Positions 42,197 through 56,509 of a stretch of 64,000 bases of DNA are shown here, one piece after another (the first letter of the stretch is position 1; each line of letters opens with the position of its first letter). The stretch comes from Eledone cirrhosa (Eukaryota), in assembly GCA_964016885.1 (NCBI GenBank), contig OZ024757.1, positions 40,052,001 through 40,116,000 on the forward strand, read 5' to 3'. The position numbers and the translations under genes are program-made. The notes below the pieces were generated by a model. It saw nothing but the letters and a program-made list of their open reading frames with translations, had not been told where the DNA came from and made no database searches.

Positions 42197-43777
42197 ACCA
42201 CATACACATATCTCTTTATATATATATATGTATGTGTGTGTATATGATTATATTTATATACATACTTTTTGGGGTGAATATTTCTTGGAGTTTTCGTTAA
42301 GGTCGCTGTTCAAATCAGTAAAAAGGTTTAAAAGGTTCACATTATAGTACATAGCATATGCAAAAAAAAATCCCACCCCTCCTATTTATTTCCTTACGTT
42401 CCCCAAATATTTAGAGTACCATATTTTAATCAATTTAAAATCTTTATGTAGTATGCTGCGCTGAATAATATTTTTATACAAATAAATGTCCTATTTTAAA
42501 TCCCTAAATTCAGACTTTAAAATTTCTTTATTTTTCAATATTTTTGTTTTAAGTAGGTACATTTAAATAGTTAAGTTTACTCTCAGTTCTATCTCAGAAA
42601 TTCTTTAGCTACGAAGAGCTCAACTTGTAGAGAAACGCTGCATTCCCTACCAATACAAGTGGTGCCCAGGTTTCTCGAGGTCCTTGTGGTGGATCTTGGA
42701 GCCTCATCATAGATTTCTGATTTCTATGAGGTGAACAACAGCAATCAGAGATAACGACAGTTTCATACACAAGAAGAAGTAGAATAAGACGAAAAAGAAG
42801 ACGAAGACGACGGAGACGTAGAAAAAATGAAAACAAAGGTGAAGAAGATGAAGAAGCTAAAGGCAAGGATGAAGAAGCTAAAGGCAAGGATGAAGAAGCC
42901 GTTGTCGAAGAAGTTCTTCCACCATTGCCAATCCATCGCTATGATAACATTCATAAACGATAATATATATTAATGTTTAGCCTTGCTCGCCTTTGCCTCA
43001 TTGATAATATATAATGAAGTTCAGGTTTTTTATTTCTTATTTTTATATTCCGTTGTTCCATGTCTTATACATAAATATCAGGATGACAATAAGTTTATAA
43101 GAATATATACATAAGTCACCTTTATAATGTAATAATATTAAAAACTGTAATGTAATAATATTAAAAACTGATCGCACCCGAGATGGAAAAAAACCGCAAC
43201 AGCAACAACATCAAATATACGTAACGAAAAAAAAAAAAAAAAAAGGCATTATTTATGAATCAATTCTATTTCGCGCAGTATGTTACAATGAAATACTAAT
43301 TGAATTAAAATTTATTAGCTGAAACTTGTGTTAACATCAACTATAAGGAAGATGACAGACTTCGACTTAATATGTTATGTTTCGCAAATCAAGCTCAGAT
43401 AAGTATTTCGTCCGACAATGCCCTGTGTACAAAAACAGTGCTTAAAATTCTAAACATGTATGACTGCCATCATCGAAGACAAATTTTCTTCTACATCATG
43501 TTATTCAACGTTCACTGAAAAGATGGGCTTTGTCTTATTTTATTTTTTGTGTTTTTTTAAATATCTTTCTTATTATTTTTATTTATATTTTTATTTTTAT
43601 TTTATTGTGGTTTCTTTGCTTGTTTTTTTGTGTGTTTCTTTGTGTTTTTTTTTGTGTGAATAGAATATTAAATTTGGACAGAAATTCGATAAGGTTTGTG
43701 TAGAATCGTAATTATAGTTGAACACTGAAGAACTGTTAAGCAACTACTGTCAACAATATTTTACAATATATTTACAT

Positions 43778-43827
<50 letters not shown>

Positions 43828-43844
43828 CATGCGTGTAAAGGTGG

Positions 43845-43879
<35 letters not shown>

Positions 43880-43996
43880 GAGTATGCGTGTAGGTATGTA
43901 TATCATATATATATGCGTGTAATGTGGAAAATAAATATATATATATGTGTGTGTGTAAATGTCGAAGAATATATACATGAGTGTATGTATATCTAA

Positions 43997-44038
<42 letters not shown>

Positions 44039-44087
44039 GTGTGAATATGCGAGGAAGTTTATATATTGGTGAAAGTATATATTCATA

Positions 44088-44118
<31 letters not shown>

Positions 44119-46692
44119 TATATATATATATGCGTGTGAATATGTGTGGAAATATATATATGTATGTGAATGTGTGTTGATGTGTGTGTGTATATATATA
44201 TACTTGTTGCCTCATATTTTCTTTACATTCAATGGAACAATAAAATAAAATGAAACTAAAGCTAAAACTAAGCTATTGCTGCTGCTTAACCGATTAAGTT
44301 TTGTTATACAAGGAAGATATTTTCATGGAAATGTTTTCATTTTTTTTATTATTATTATTATCATTATTAATATTATTTCATTTTTTTGTTCGGAGAAGGG
44401 TGTTAAATTTTGTCTATTTTCACAGAAATATATATTTTTCACTGAAATATATATATATAACACACACATTATATCTATCTATATATATATATATATTATA
44501 CATATATATATATTATATATATGCACACAAACACACACACATTATATATATATATATATATATATATACATACATATATATTATATATATGCACACAAAC
44601 ACACACACATTATATATATATATATATATATACATATATATATACATACATACATACATACGAAAAATGAAAATATGAAATTTGTTCAGTGAAATACATA
44701 AAATCTACACATTGCCTAAAGGTAAAGTTTTAATGGGATGTGACATCCCCGCTGGCTTGCTAAAGAAATGCTTTCAGCAACAATATTGCAATCATTTATA
44801 TGAACGAAATATTTCGATCAAGTTGTTAAGTTGATATTTCAAGTACCTCTCATTTCCATAGTCAAATCAGAGTCATATCCGTATTAATTTTATATAAAAT
44901 ATAATGCCTATGTCATAGAATACACAATGAATTCAATAAAAAAAATATCACAAAATGAAACAAAATATAATGTATTAAGTTATAGTTCTTTCTTTCACTT
45001 TTCTAAAAGAGTAAATCATTTTTTTCGTATCAGTTTTGGTACTCTATGTCTACTATAGCTTGTACTGTTAAAATAAATATTCAATATTTTAACAACAGCT
45101 GATTGTTGGAGAAATATTGTAAGAGTATCCTCACAAAATACTTTGCGATATTTAGTGCCGTCCTTTATATAGTTCTAAGTTAATACTCCAATATCCTGCA
45201 TTTAGGCAGTTTAAAATATGGCTGAGTCACTCTCCTCTCGGTTTGTTCAGAACACAGACGATTCCTCCCGGAACAGGAGAGAGAGTGATAGAGATGAATT
45301 TAGAAAGGGATATAAAGGAATAATGACCTGACCCCCAATAATGGACAGATATCTTTTGTTTATTAACATTACAATGAAAAAGGACAAAGTTGGCCTCGGT
45401 GAATATAAAACTCAGAGTGTGAGAGACTGAACGAATGCCGCCAAGACGCTGCATACAGATTATAGATAGATATATAAATATTTGCTAGCAACAACCTCCA
45501 GAGGAAATTCCACTGTGGGATAGTTGACTGATAGACTTGATTTATCTTCTGGTTTAATATATCTATATGGACATAGGGAACCTCAAAGGAGCCGCAATTA
45601 TTGAGAATAATTTGGGTGTGTCTCCTATCTAGGGATACCTTCTAGTGTTTAAAACCCGGAAAGTGTTAAAACCACTGACCTTCCTAATCTGGTTATAAAA
45701 ATCAAATGCGTGTTTCATGTTAAACATTTATAGCTTAAAAATCATTGACTCTGATATAACTAACTTTCCATGCTATCTTGACGGAGTATGAACATTGTAG
45801 TGCTTTTAAAATACAATCGTCTGTCTATATCTACTTGAAATCAGTGATATGAGCCACTTAACTTCATAATATACTTTGTAATATGTGTCTGTATGAAACA
45901 CAATACAAATCATTCATATATTTAACAGCATTCTATAAGTATTTAATTGTTTTCAATCTCTAATTGTCTGTACATCCCTAGGAAATGAACTTCCACAATT
46001 TTCACAGAATAGAATCTTCGCAGTTTTACCAAAGTTGAATAAATCAAGAAACATTGAATTATATAAGAAGTTTTCATGGTATCATTCTCGCCATTGTAGT
46101 ATACAATATTTTACTTAGAAGTATTTTAAAAGAAATATAAGCTCAATGAGGTTCATTTTTCAATTTTTAAAAGTAGAATACATTCTAGGCACAAATTGTA
46201 ATTACAGTTCTGCGTAGTAGCAATAGTTTAATGTTGTAATCAAATTCTTACTAAAACTTTTCAATATGTTATTATTGAATTCTCTACTGATCAATGGATG
46301 CATAATTACAACTGCATTTTCTTACTCTAGGCAGACGGTCTCAGAATACTAGAGAATATTATGGACGTTTCAAATTGTTACTTAATGTTTGTATACCATT
46401 TCGTTCGTTCTTTGCGCAGACAAGTATAAGAATAATGATAATAACAAGATATCGTTCGACAAAAGCAAGAAGAAAATTGTAAATTGATTGCTGAAAGGAA
46501 TGACATACTTAAGAATAATGATCCTTGAAGAGAATAGAATGTAGAACTGAAATGAGAACAGCAGTTTCTATTAAAATGGCTCTAACTACACAAGTATTAT
46601 ATATATATATAATTCTTATATATTTGTATATGCATATATATATACATACATATATTATATAATTGTATATATATCTACAATGCTTATATATT

Positions 46693-46739
<47 letters not shown>

Positions 46740-46814
46740 TATATAATGTGTGTGTGTATATATATACACACATTATATAATGTATATAATGTATATATAT
46801 ATATATATATATAT

Positions 46815-46980
46815 TTGTTACTACTTTTGGCACAAGGCCAGCAATTACTACAGTGCATTACTGGTACTTTATTTTATCGACCCCGTAAGGATGAAAGGCA
46901 AAGTTAACCTCGGTTAAAGGGCCATAACTATGCTGCAGAGTATGGTATCTGACACTCTACTGATACTGTCAATTCACCAT
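46815..46980 (-). mobile_element. SINE family 1 copy
   Basis: ctacttttggcacaaggccagcaatta...ctggtactttattttatcgaccccgtaaggatgaaaggcaaagttaacctcgg. Confidence 0.85.
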
Positions 46981-47015
46981 ATATAATGCTTATATATGTG
47001 TGTATATATATAATG

Positions 47016-47054
<39 letters not shown>

Positions 47055-47243
47055 CTATATGTATGTCTATATCTGTCTAAATTCCAAACGAAACGAATCT
47101 ACACAGAATTGTAAGAGAAACGTCTAACTCAACAATTAGATCGAATATTGAACTAAAATATTCCAAGATACTCGAGACCGATCGTTCAATTGTTATTCAA
47201 ACATCAGTTCAATATATAGATCACTTCGATAATGACAGCCAAT

Positions 47244-47769
47244 ACTGGCACTCCCCCGGTTTCGACGACGAGTTATCCAGTTGAAACGCTCAACGGAAAT
47301 CCTGTTGGTGAAATTAACATGCAAGTAGATAATCATTCCACAGACACGTGTACCCATAATGTAGTTCTCAGAGAGATCCAGCTCAGTGAATACATGTCCG
47401 CCTCCTTTCAACACATCAAGATGGCGTTCTATATACAGAGTAGAATAAAACTACAGTAAAACATACTCTATCTTCCGTCTCAAATTATTGGGACGTCAAG
47501 TATGCAATTTGTAGAGATTTGTAGAAAAACAACAACCTTCTACAAATGTCAAGTATGACGACCCAATATTTTGAGAATTCCGTAACTATCTATCTATCTA
47601 AACACAAACATACGTCCTATATATATTATTAACTGGCACTACGTCGGTGACGACGAAGAGGGTTCCAGTTGATACGGTCAACGAAAATCTTGGTCATGAA
47701 AATAACATGGAAGTGGCTAGGGATTCCACAGACACGGGTATCCTTAACGTAATTCTCAGAGAGATTCAG
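47244..47769. repeat. Diverged direct duplication of a 138-bp unique segment (47244-47381 and 47632-47769)
   Basis: Gap-free alignment with 29 differences in 138 nt by hand count (~79% identity). Confidence 0.85.
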
Positions 47770-48050
47770 CGTGACACAGAACGTGAAAAAGATGGCCCTT
47801 TTGAATTACAGGTACAACTAAATTTTGCCAGCTGCTTGGACTGAAGCAACGTGAAATAAATTGTCTTGTTCAAAGACAACGCCTCACTGGGAATTGAACT
47901 CACGACCTTACGATTGTGAACCTACTACCGTAACCACACACCTACGCAATTATATACATAGTTACATTGCTATTTCTGTTTGCCTTTTGCATACATACAT
48001 ATAAATATATACACACATATGGACATATATACACATATATAGATATTTAG

Positions 48051-48106
48051 TTCTGATCCAGCTGTCGAAACGGCCGGAGCTCAGCCGTCGGCGTCCTGAC
48101 GCTTTT

Positions 48107-48108
<2 letters not shown>
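48051..48108 (+). mobile_element. Family B terminus with hammerhead 3' half
   Basis: gtc-GAAA-cggc cggagctca gccg-TC-ggcgtcctgacgcttttcc, then (TA)n. Confidence 0.75.
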
Positions 48109-48139
<31 letters not shown>

Positions 48140-48299
48140 GTATAAGAATTCACTCAAAATATGGATTCCATTATAAGCACTGCTAATATAACCGATCTTA
48201 TTTGATTGGATTTGTAGGATATGATATCAATATCCTTGATTGAATATGTGAGGTCAGCTTCTTATTGGAAATAGAGTAGAACTCCTAATGTCTGTATGT

Positions 48300-48330
<31 letters not shown>

Positions 48331-48914
48331 CGCACACCATATACATACATATATATACACGAACACCGACTCCGTCACACACAGATTCATACATACATAC
48401 GTACATATATATACATATATATATATATATTTCCGTGTTTCCATTCCCAGCTGAATTAACATCAATATATACCCGTCTCTAATACGCATGCGCGAATTAT
48501 GACGAAAAAAAATTCCCATATTCTTCTACTCGAAAATCTGCTCGATACACATTTGTGATGTCTGGTCTCATAATCTAAAATTCGATATAGACTTTAGGAA
48601 ATATGTTAGCTGGGTAGATGTGAATCCAATATAGCCTTTATGAATATTTCTCCAACATATCTAACCATGATTGAAATATTTTACATTGCAAAGATGTTAG
48701 ATGTTTTAATCTCTCTGCTTGGTATCGTAAATAATTCCTACAATGGCTGCAGGTCGACATTAGCCGCGGCAGTGAAATTTCTTAGAGAACTAAATATCTG
48801 TATGCGAGCATAGTCAGTCTCTCGAATATATATATATATATATAATATGCATATATATAGTATGCATATATATTATATATACTATAAAAATATATTATAT
48901 AGATAGCTAAACAT

Positions 48915-48953
<39 letters not shown>

Positions 48954-49239
48954 CATATATATTGTATATATGCTAAAGATATATATATTATATAGATAGC
49001 TAAACATATATGTGTGTGTGTATATATATATAGAATGTCCAGACTGGAACTAGCTGTTAAATCCTTTATTCCTGAGGGGGTTGTGCGCTGAGGGTATTAC
49101 GTGGCCGTGAGGGGGCGGTGACCCAAAAGGTTTGAGAACCTTTGCACTATAGTTTGGTATAACTCAATGTCTCCGTTCTGTAAGTTCTGGCGTATGTTTA
49201 TGCCGCCTCTCTTCTGTTGCTATTTCATAATCAGTTCTC

Positions 49240-49740
49240 CTTTAAGCAGAAGATCAGTACGCGGAAAGACGAAGGCACGTGGCCCACACATTCCAGCAGG
49301 GCCTCCTGTCACAAGTATCCGTCTCCAAGTAATCCGGTTATGTCTCCAAGAGAGACTAGCTAAGTTCATGGCTGTTATCCAAACATCTTTCTCGGGGTCT
49401 ACTCATGTGTCTTTTGTCGGTTGCTTTTGTCCCTAAAATATCTGCAGTGATTCTTTTCTCAGACACTCTAACCACATGTTCGTAATGTTGGAGATGTGAT
49501 ATGGCAATTCGGAGAAATCGTATCTCTACCTGGAGCGACCCACTGATCTCCGAGCTATGTACTTTATCTAGTACCTTTGGTGGAACCCTATTTCTGTCAT
49601 CGATATTCTGATCACATGTCTAATATCAGAGCTGTGATCACTCAATTAGGAGAATTACTGGAACTACTCACTCTACCGGAGGAAACATATTTCAGCCACT
49701 GACATGCGCGATCGTATTCCTTCGGTCATTCGACATAATT
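49240..49740 (-). mobile_element. RTE-clade LINE ORF2 C-terminal remnant
   Basis: Minus translation MTEGIRSRMSVAEICFLR...VLDKVHSSEISGSLQVEIRFLRIAISHLQHYEHVVRVSEKRITADIL...KRHMSRPRERCLDNSHELS follows the RTE pattern (AEMxFLR, QLRWxGHVxRM, RGRPRxRW). Confidence 0.85.
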
Positions 49741-50787
49741 AACATATGAAAAAAATATTTGTTTGCATTTACAATCTACGGTTCATTTTATACATTTTTT
49801 TCTTAAAATAGATCTTACTTGAAATTCGTTGATATATATTCTCCAGGTATATAATTCCACAATATTTTCAAATAATGAAAGGTACTTACCTAAAAATAGA
49901 AAAAAAAAAAGAAGAAAATTTAGATAAATAATTCATATGCATTACGACTTAAAAATAAAATTACCGAAACACGAAATATATATTTGAAGAAACGCAAGAT
50001 TTTTTTAAATACATATATTATATTATATTATATAATGTCTAATTAAAATTTCCACAGCCAACTCAGAATAATATATTATATAAGAGTATATTTTAGTGAA
50101 AGAAACCAAATATGTTAATAATAAAATGTTTATATTAAAAATTATTGAATTATCTACGAAGGTAGCAGAAATGTACATAGGTTGACCAAGATACTATCCT
50201 AGAATGACCAAATGAACGTTATATATATATATATTTTTTTGGGGTGGGTGGGGGGGGGGGGGGGGCGGGGTTTAAAGAAATCATGATTAACTTATCCTCT
50301 TGTATTTTCTTTTATTCAAAGCCAGGAACTTGTCAGCACCCCTTCGTAAGTTTAAATTACATCTAGATTTAAACACTGACACACATACCTACGTACATTT
50401 AAGTGAATCTATATGTAGACAATTAAAGCATTTTTATCGATTTCGTTGTTTAATTACAATTTAGTCAATTAAGCAGCGACCGGTCTTATATTTTTTTTTT
50501 CTAAATATCACTCTTATCACTAATTTAAGAATGAAACTAATTACGTTCTAATTATACATTCGTAGTTAATTAGGCTATCGTTTCAAACAACTGGGACACT
50601 GCAACTGTTAGGATAACACAGGATTTCCCGTCAAAATTCGGTGGATCGTATCAAATGACAGGTTCTATAGATAGACAGAAATGAATTAATTCAGCAAGAG
50701 ACCAGGATAATTTGTCGTAAATATGAAATGAGGATAATTTAAGTTTACTATGATAAGCAACCGAAGACCTGCCGGCCCAAAGAAAGC

Positions 50788-50834
<47 letters not shown>

Positions 50835-50854
50835 TGCGAGTGTGTATATACGTG

Positions 50855-50920
50855 ATATATAGAAGCCTTTTTATATCTGAATGTTATATATATATATAGA
50901 AGCCTTTTTATATCTGTATG

Positions 50921-50956
<36 letters not shown>

Positions 50957-51052
50957 GCCTTTTTATATCTGTATGTTATATATATGTATATATATATATA
51001 AAAGCCTTTTTATATCTGTATGTTATATATATGTATAGCAGCCTTTTTATGT
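50855..51052. repeat. Five copies of agaagcctttttatatctgtatgt separated by variable (TA)n
   Basis: Directly visible. Confidence 0.9.
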
Positions 51053-51059
51053 CTGTTAT

Positions 51060-51240
51060 TGGTAGTATCGGTATAGAGTCGGACGCCATGCTTTGACGCA
51101 TAGAGTTATGGCCCTTGCCATTCTGAGTTCAAATCCCGCCGAGGTTAACTTTACCTTTCATCCTTATGGGGTCGATAAAATAAAGTACTAGTAATACACT
51201 GAGTATTTGCTGGCCTTCTGCCAAAAGTAGAAACAATGAT
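51060..51240 (+). mobile_element. SINE family 1 copy
   Basis: Near full-length match to the window consensus. Confidence 0.85.
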
Positions 51241-51679
51241 ATATATATATATATTGTCTATAAACGTGCCAGTACGTGCATCTTATATTCTTGTTAAATT
51301 ACTGTCTCTAACCCCCCCCCCCCACACACACACACACACGTATCAAGGAATAGACATTACGTTTGTTTCCCATTCGTAACATTTTTATACTAATAAAAAA
51401 AAAAAAATTATTTTCTTTTTGGTAAAAAAGAAATTAATGATAATATAAATAATATTAATAATACGAAGTTCTTCTGTTTTATTTTTTTTTTCTCCCCAGA
51501 AATAATTATTCTTCAGAATAGATCTGACATTTATTGGCGTTTGGGTATACAAATGTATAGAAAAAATATATCTTTTCACGAATATACTTCTAAGACATAT
51601 ATGAAATGTTATTATCTTCCTATACCCTCCCCCCTACTCATTTTCTTATTCCTCCTCTACTACTACTAATAATAATAAT

Positions 51680-51890
51680 TGTTTCAACATTAGGTACACG
51701 GTTAGCAATTTTTTTTTTGGCGGGGGTTTCGAATCAACCCAGTTCGCCACTGGTACTTTATTTTATCGACCTCGTAAGGATGAAAGGCAAATTTAACCTC
51801 GACGGGATTTGACATCAGAAGGTTTAAATTCGTAACTAAATACCGCAAATCATATTCTTTGACACTCTAGCGACACAGTCAACCCACCAA
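51680..51890 (-). mobile_element. SINE family 1 copy
   Basis: ctggtactttattttatcgacctcgtaaggatgaaaggcaaatttaacctcgacgggatttga. Confidence 0.8.
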
Positions 51891-52742
51891 CTTCAATAAT
51901 AGTAATAATAATAACAACAAAAACAATATAATTGTGTGGTCCCATAACACATCATACCCTCTAGAACCGTCTCCAGTTTACATAAAGTAAAATAGAAACA
52001 AGGCACACAGTCCCATCTATTGAGAAACAGCCTAAGGGACGAAATACCACCACACGAGATATCTGCTAAGGCTCAATCCAGTTACTTTGCAGGAATTTCA
52101 TATTTATATATAGATATGGGATTTCTTGTCACACTTTTACGTCTATAAAGCCTAGGACTTGGTGGGAAATTAAATTTATGGTCCCTATTGAATTGATTCA
52201 GGTTTCCTATTCATGTAATGGTGTATATATTTAGTATTTACGAACAAGATATTCCTCTGAGGAAAAACTAAAACTATTTAATACAGTAAAATAAAACTAT
52301 CCCCAGCAACACGATAAAGAGGCGGTATGTTGTGTGATAGTAGTGTTATGTGGTATATTGTAGCTCTCCAACACGTTCGAGGCGGTTCTCATGTTGAAAA
52401 CATAAAAATATAATACAAAGTTTCTTTTAGATGCGAAGTTAGGGGGAAAAAAAAATTAAAAATCCCGAAGCTACGCAAAGACATATCTGCTCCCGGCAAA
52501 ATTGAATAGTAATAATAACATTAGTAATAATAACATTAATAATAATAACAACATATCTATTCCTTTAGATACTCTGACAGTGATAAAAGGGAAAAGAAAT
52601 ACTTTATTTCCTTTTCGTATTTATGTCTTTGTTGAAATTTCTTCGGCCTTATCATTCGTTGAAAGGAATTAGATAAATGAAAATGATTCCTCATTTTTCT
52701 TAAGACAGAAGCTCTTTGAAGTTTTCCATCAATAAAACATAT

Positions 52743-52782
<40 letters not shown>

Positions 52783-53229
52783 ATCAATCACTCTTTCTCT
52801 CTCTATATATATATGTGTGTGTGTGTGTATTTATATATATATGCGTTCACATGTGCGTGTGTTATATACGCATATATGCGTGTATACACGCATATATAAA
52901 AAGTGTCAGTGTGTGTATATGTGTGCGTCTGTAAACATATATATCTTTAAACGCTTCAAGAAGCCTAAATATACATACATTTGCATATTCGTTTAAGAAC
53001 GTAGCTATTTCTGTTGTTTTTAAAGTTTTTCTTGTCTTTAGTAAGAGAATAAGAATACACACATTTTTCATCTCTTGTGATTCCGAATCAAAGAGGAAAA
53101 CTGTGTTTTAGACCATTCAATTCGCTAACATTTATTTCAAACTTATGTTTTCTCATACAACGACTGAAGTGTATCCATAAATTAGAACTTATGAATATCT
53201 GTAAATGATTTATAGATATATATGTATGC

Positions 53230-53420
53230 CTAGGCAGTATTGGTAGAGGGTCGGACGCCATGATTTGACGCATAGAGTTACGGCCCTTGCCATTCTGAGT
53301 TCAAATCCCGCCGAGGTTAACTTTGCCTTTCATCCTTACGGGGTCGCGTCGATAAAATAAAGTACTAGTAATACAGTGGGATAATTGCTGGCCTTGTGCC
53401 AAAAGTAGAAACAATAATTA
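53230..53420 (+). mobile_element. SINE family 1 copy
   Basis: Near full-length match to the window consensus. Confidence 0.85.
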
Positions 53421-53719
53421 CTATTTTTGTTAATAATATCTCTACAAAGTTGCTTCTTACCTAAGGTTTCAATGCCTGCTGCAGCATAACTCATGGATAA
53501 ACAATTCATGATTGTCATTGATTTTCTTTCAGGCAAGAAATAAGATCATATAGAAGCACATTGGGAATTCGTGTCAGTTTTGCAACAAATCTTGTTAGCT
53601 TGCTGCTGTTACATTCAGAACTATCCACAGTTTTTATGCGTGTCACATCAGTTAAAAAGATATGTAGGAGTGAGGCAGATTAGCAGAGTCATTCAAGATC
53701 TAATGACCGATCAGCTCAG

Positions 53720-53915
53720 CATAGGAGAGATGATTTGTTTGTGGAAGACCAGCAGTTGTCCATACATAGTAATCTCCCTTCCCTATACCACAAATGCTGT
53801 CCAAGAGAAAAACAATGGCCGATAGAGCTTGGCACTAGTGCCGTCGAAACTCATTTCTACAGCTGAGCAAACTGGAGGAACGTTAAATAAAATATCTTGC
53901 TCAAGGACATGCGCC
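53720..53915 (-). mobile_element. SINE sharing the family 2 CORE-like segment, with a different tail
   Basis: ctcatttctacagctgagcaaactggaggaacgttaaataaaatatcttgctcaaggaca. Confidence 0.6.
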
Positions 53916-55115
53916 TTTAATATAAGTTAATATAAAATAGTTAAATAAAATTAAAGGTATATTATCAAGACTAGAAGGCTTTTTACCATATAACTACTAA
54001 GTCGTGACAGATCGAGGGGTAAAAAAAAACAACGTTTTTTAGATAGGATAACAACCTTAGAAATCCTCTATTCTCTACAGTTGAATTCGTGACAGCCATT
54101 AATATACAAACAATTTAAAAATTAAAACTCATACGAATCAAACAAACTTCATGACAACCAGAAATATGAAAGCATACTAAGCAAAAATAATATTTAAACT
54201 ATCTTTACTATCAATATTTTTAACAGTAATATTGTTACTATAATATATTAGTACTACTACTATCATTTTTATCATGTCATTTTTAATATTATATTACTAT
54301 TTTATTAATGAAATTTTCATTATTATTATTATTATTATTAATATACATTTATTAATACTATTTTATAAAACATTATTATTATCATTATTATTATTCTTAT
54401 TATGATGATCATTATTATGTGAATAAATAAATAAACATATTTTATGTATAAATTGTTCAAACGATTATTTCGTTTGAAGAGAAATGGCGACGACTGAATT
54501 CTGTTGATATGTTTATAAAATGGAAGTAGGCTGAGATAGTTATCATAGCTATTTTATCCATTACATTCAGTCATTCATTTATATACATACATATAAAATA
54601 TCAGCATCAAATTTAAAAAAAATATATAATTAGTAAAGGTTTTCGCTTGTAAACAACTAAAAATCTATCAATACCCCTTTATAGACAGAAAAATATTTCT
54701 GCTACATATGCACAAATATACATACGGCTATGTCTGCTTCACTTGTATACATCTATAACGATACATACATATGGATGGATGTACACATAAGCACACATAC
54801 ACGGACATGCATACACAGACACAAATATATATATATATACATCTAAGTCTCATTCAGATGTACACGTCTATAAGCATACGTACAAACCAACAATTAAATA
54901 TATGTGCATATATATGTATATATATACACACACATACACACTTAAATATATTCAGACAAATACACACATATATATATTGTGCGTGTGTGTGTGTGTGTGT
55001 GTGTGTGAGCGAGTCCAAGGTTCAATCGTGGGTAACCACAGTAAGTAAGGTACTCAATACATTAGTAGAGTGTAAACATCATGCTTAATGTGGGAACGGC
55101 TTCTACAGGCCAGTT

Positions 55116-55157
55116 GGCTTTCCTGATGAATTATTTTGAATGAAAGAGTTCTAGTCG
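55116..55157 (+). ncRNA. Hammerhead-like motif lacking a good stem I
   Basis: CTGATGA-att attttg aat-GAAA-gagttc-TA; island between (TG)n and (TA)n. Confidence 0.45.
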
Positions 55158-55182
55158 TATAGAACCCACTTCCATATTAAAC

Positions 55183-55257
<75 letters not shown>

Positions 55258-55427
55258 ATATATGTATGTGTATATGTATGTGTATATATATATGTAAAGG
55301 TTATATTTAATTTGTTGGGATTCAAGAAGCTTAAAAAAGTTTATAACCGATATAAACCACTCAACAGATAAGTGGAGTAAATACAAAATATATTAATAAA
55401 TGGAAACTATATTTATAAAACCATATT

Positions 55428-55493
55428 TATTTTATTATACATATTTCAAAGGCAACCAAGGCAAATTATGGTGCGCTTTCATCAGATAAAATA
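55428..55493 (-). ncRNA. Minimal type I hammerhead ribozyme, intact core
   Basis: Minus strand: tattttat-CTGATGA-aagcgcacca...tggttgccttt-GAAA-tatgta-TA-ataaaata; perfect 8-bp stem I, nearly the same as in the 6705 ribozyme. Confidence 0.85.
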
Positions 55494-55589
55494 CAGATGT
55501 GTTTTATAAATAAATATTGACATACCCGGAAAAAAATATATATCCAGGGAGTGTATATGGTGTTCTGGGTAAGCGCTCGATTAAAGAAG

Positions 55590-55682
55590 GAGCTACAGAT
55601 CGAACCTTGAGCTGATCAATAGCGAAACGCGCGTCACCAGTCAATAAACATAATCAATACACAACAAATCGCCCTTGTATTA
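55590..55682 (+). mobile_element. Family C repeat, 5'-truncated, hammerhead 3' half
   Basis: cagatcgaaccttgagctgatcaatagc-GAAA-cgcgcg-TC-accagtcAATAAA, ending at (TA)n. Confidence 0.75.
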
Positions 55683-55684
55683 TC

Positions 55685-55721
<37 letters not shown>

Positions 55722-56228
55722 TACATGTGTATACATGTGTATATGTAGTGTGATTGAGAGATGTAGAAAGAGATAGTAACTTTATCATTTCATAATACTG
55801 CATCATATAGGCAAATTATTTCCATTGATGTTTCCGTAGTTTCCCCCTCCTCTCTTTCATCTCTATTTAATGCCTCTTAAGAACGAGTATTTCGACTGGG
55901 ACAAGCAACAGTTGTATCGCTGTGTTTTCAATAATTTTCTGTTAAAATTTAGATATATAGAAATATAAGTCAAAACAACACAAAACAAACAACCACAAGC
56001 TGAAACAAAAACAATAACAACAACAACTCTATAACAATTTATAATGAATAATGAAGACGAGAGAAGAGAGGGGTGGACACATACATATACACACACACAT
56101 ATGTATGTATGTACACACACATATATATGTATGTACACACACATATGTATGTATGTACACACACATATGTATGTATGTACACACACATATGTATGTATGT
56201 ACACACACATATGTATGTATGTACACAC

Positions 56229-56230
<2 letters not shown>

Positions 56231-56259
<29 letters not shown>

Positions 56260-56509
56260 TGTATGTATGTATGTATGTATGTATGTATGTATGTATGTAT
56301 GTATGTATGTATGTATGTATGTATGTATGTATGTATGTATGTATGTATGTATGTATGTATGTATGTATGTATGTATGTATGTATGTATGTATGTATGTAT
56401 GTATGTATGTATGTATGTATGTATGTATGTATGTATGTATGTATGTATGTATGTATGTATGTATGTATGTATGTATGTATGTATGTATGTATGTATGTAT
56501 GTATGTATG
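56231..56509. repeat. Perfect (ATGT)n, ~70 units
   Basis: Directly visible. Confidence 0.95.

Noticed and set aside
47193-47414. GGHVFTELDLSENY resembling Gypsy RT (FSKLDLSxAY) or an LRR motif
   Set aside because: Similarity is short, the downstream LPFG/YxDD motifs are absent, and the paralogous copy shows no codon-position bias.
49070-49150. hAT-MITE-like end (aaaaggtttgagaacc) and a mariner-like end at ~50320-50347
   Set aside because: Only single ends seen; no matching partner TIR or target-site duplication found.
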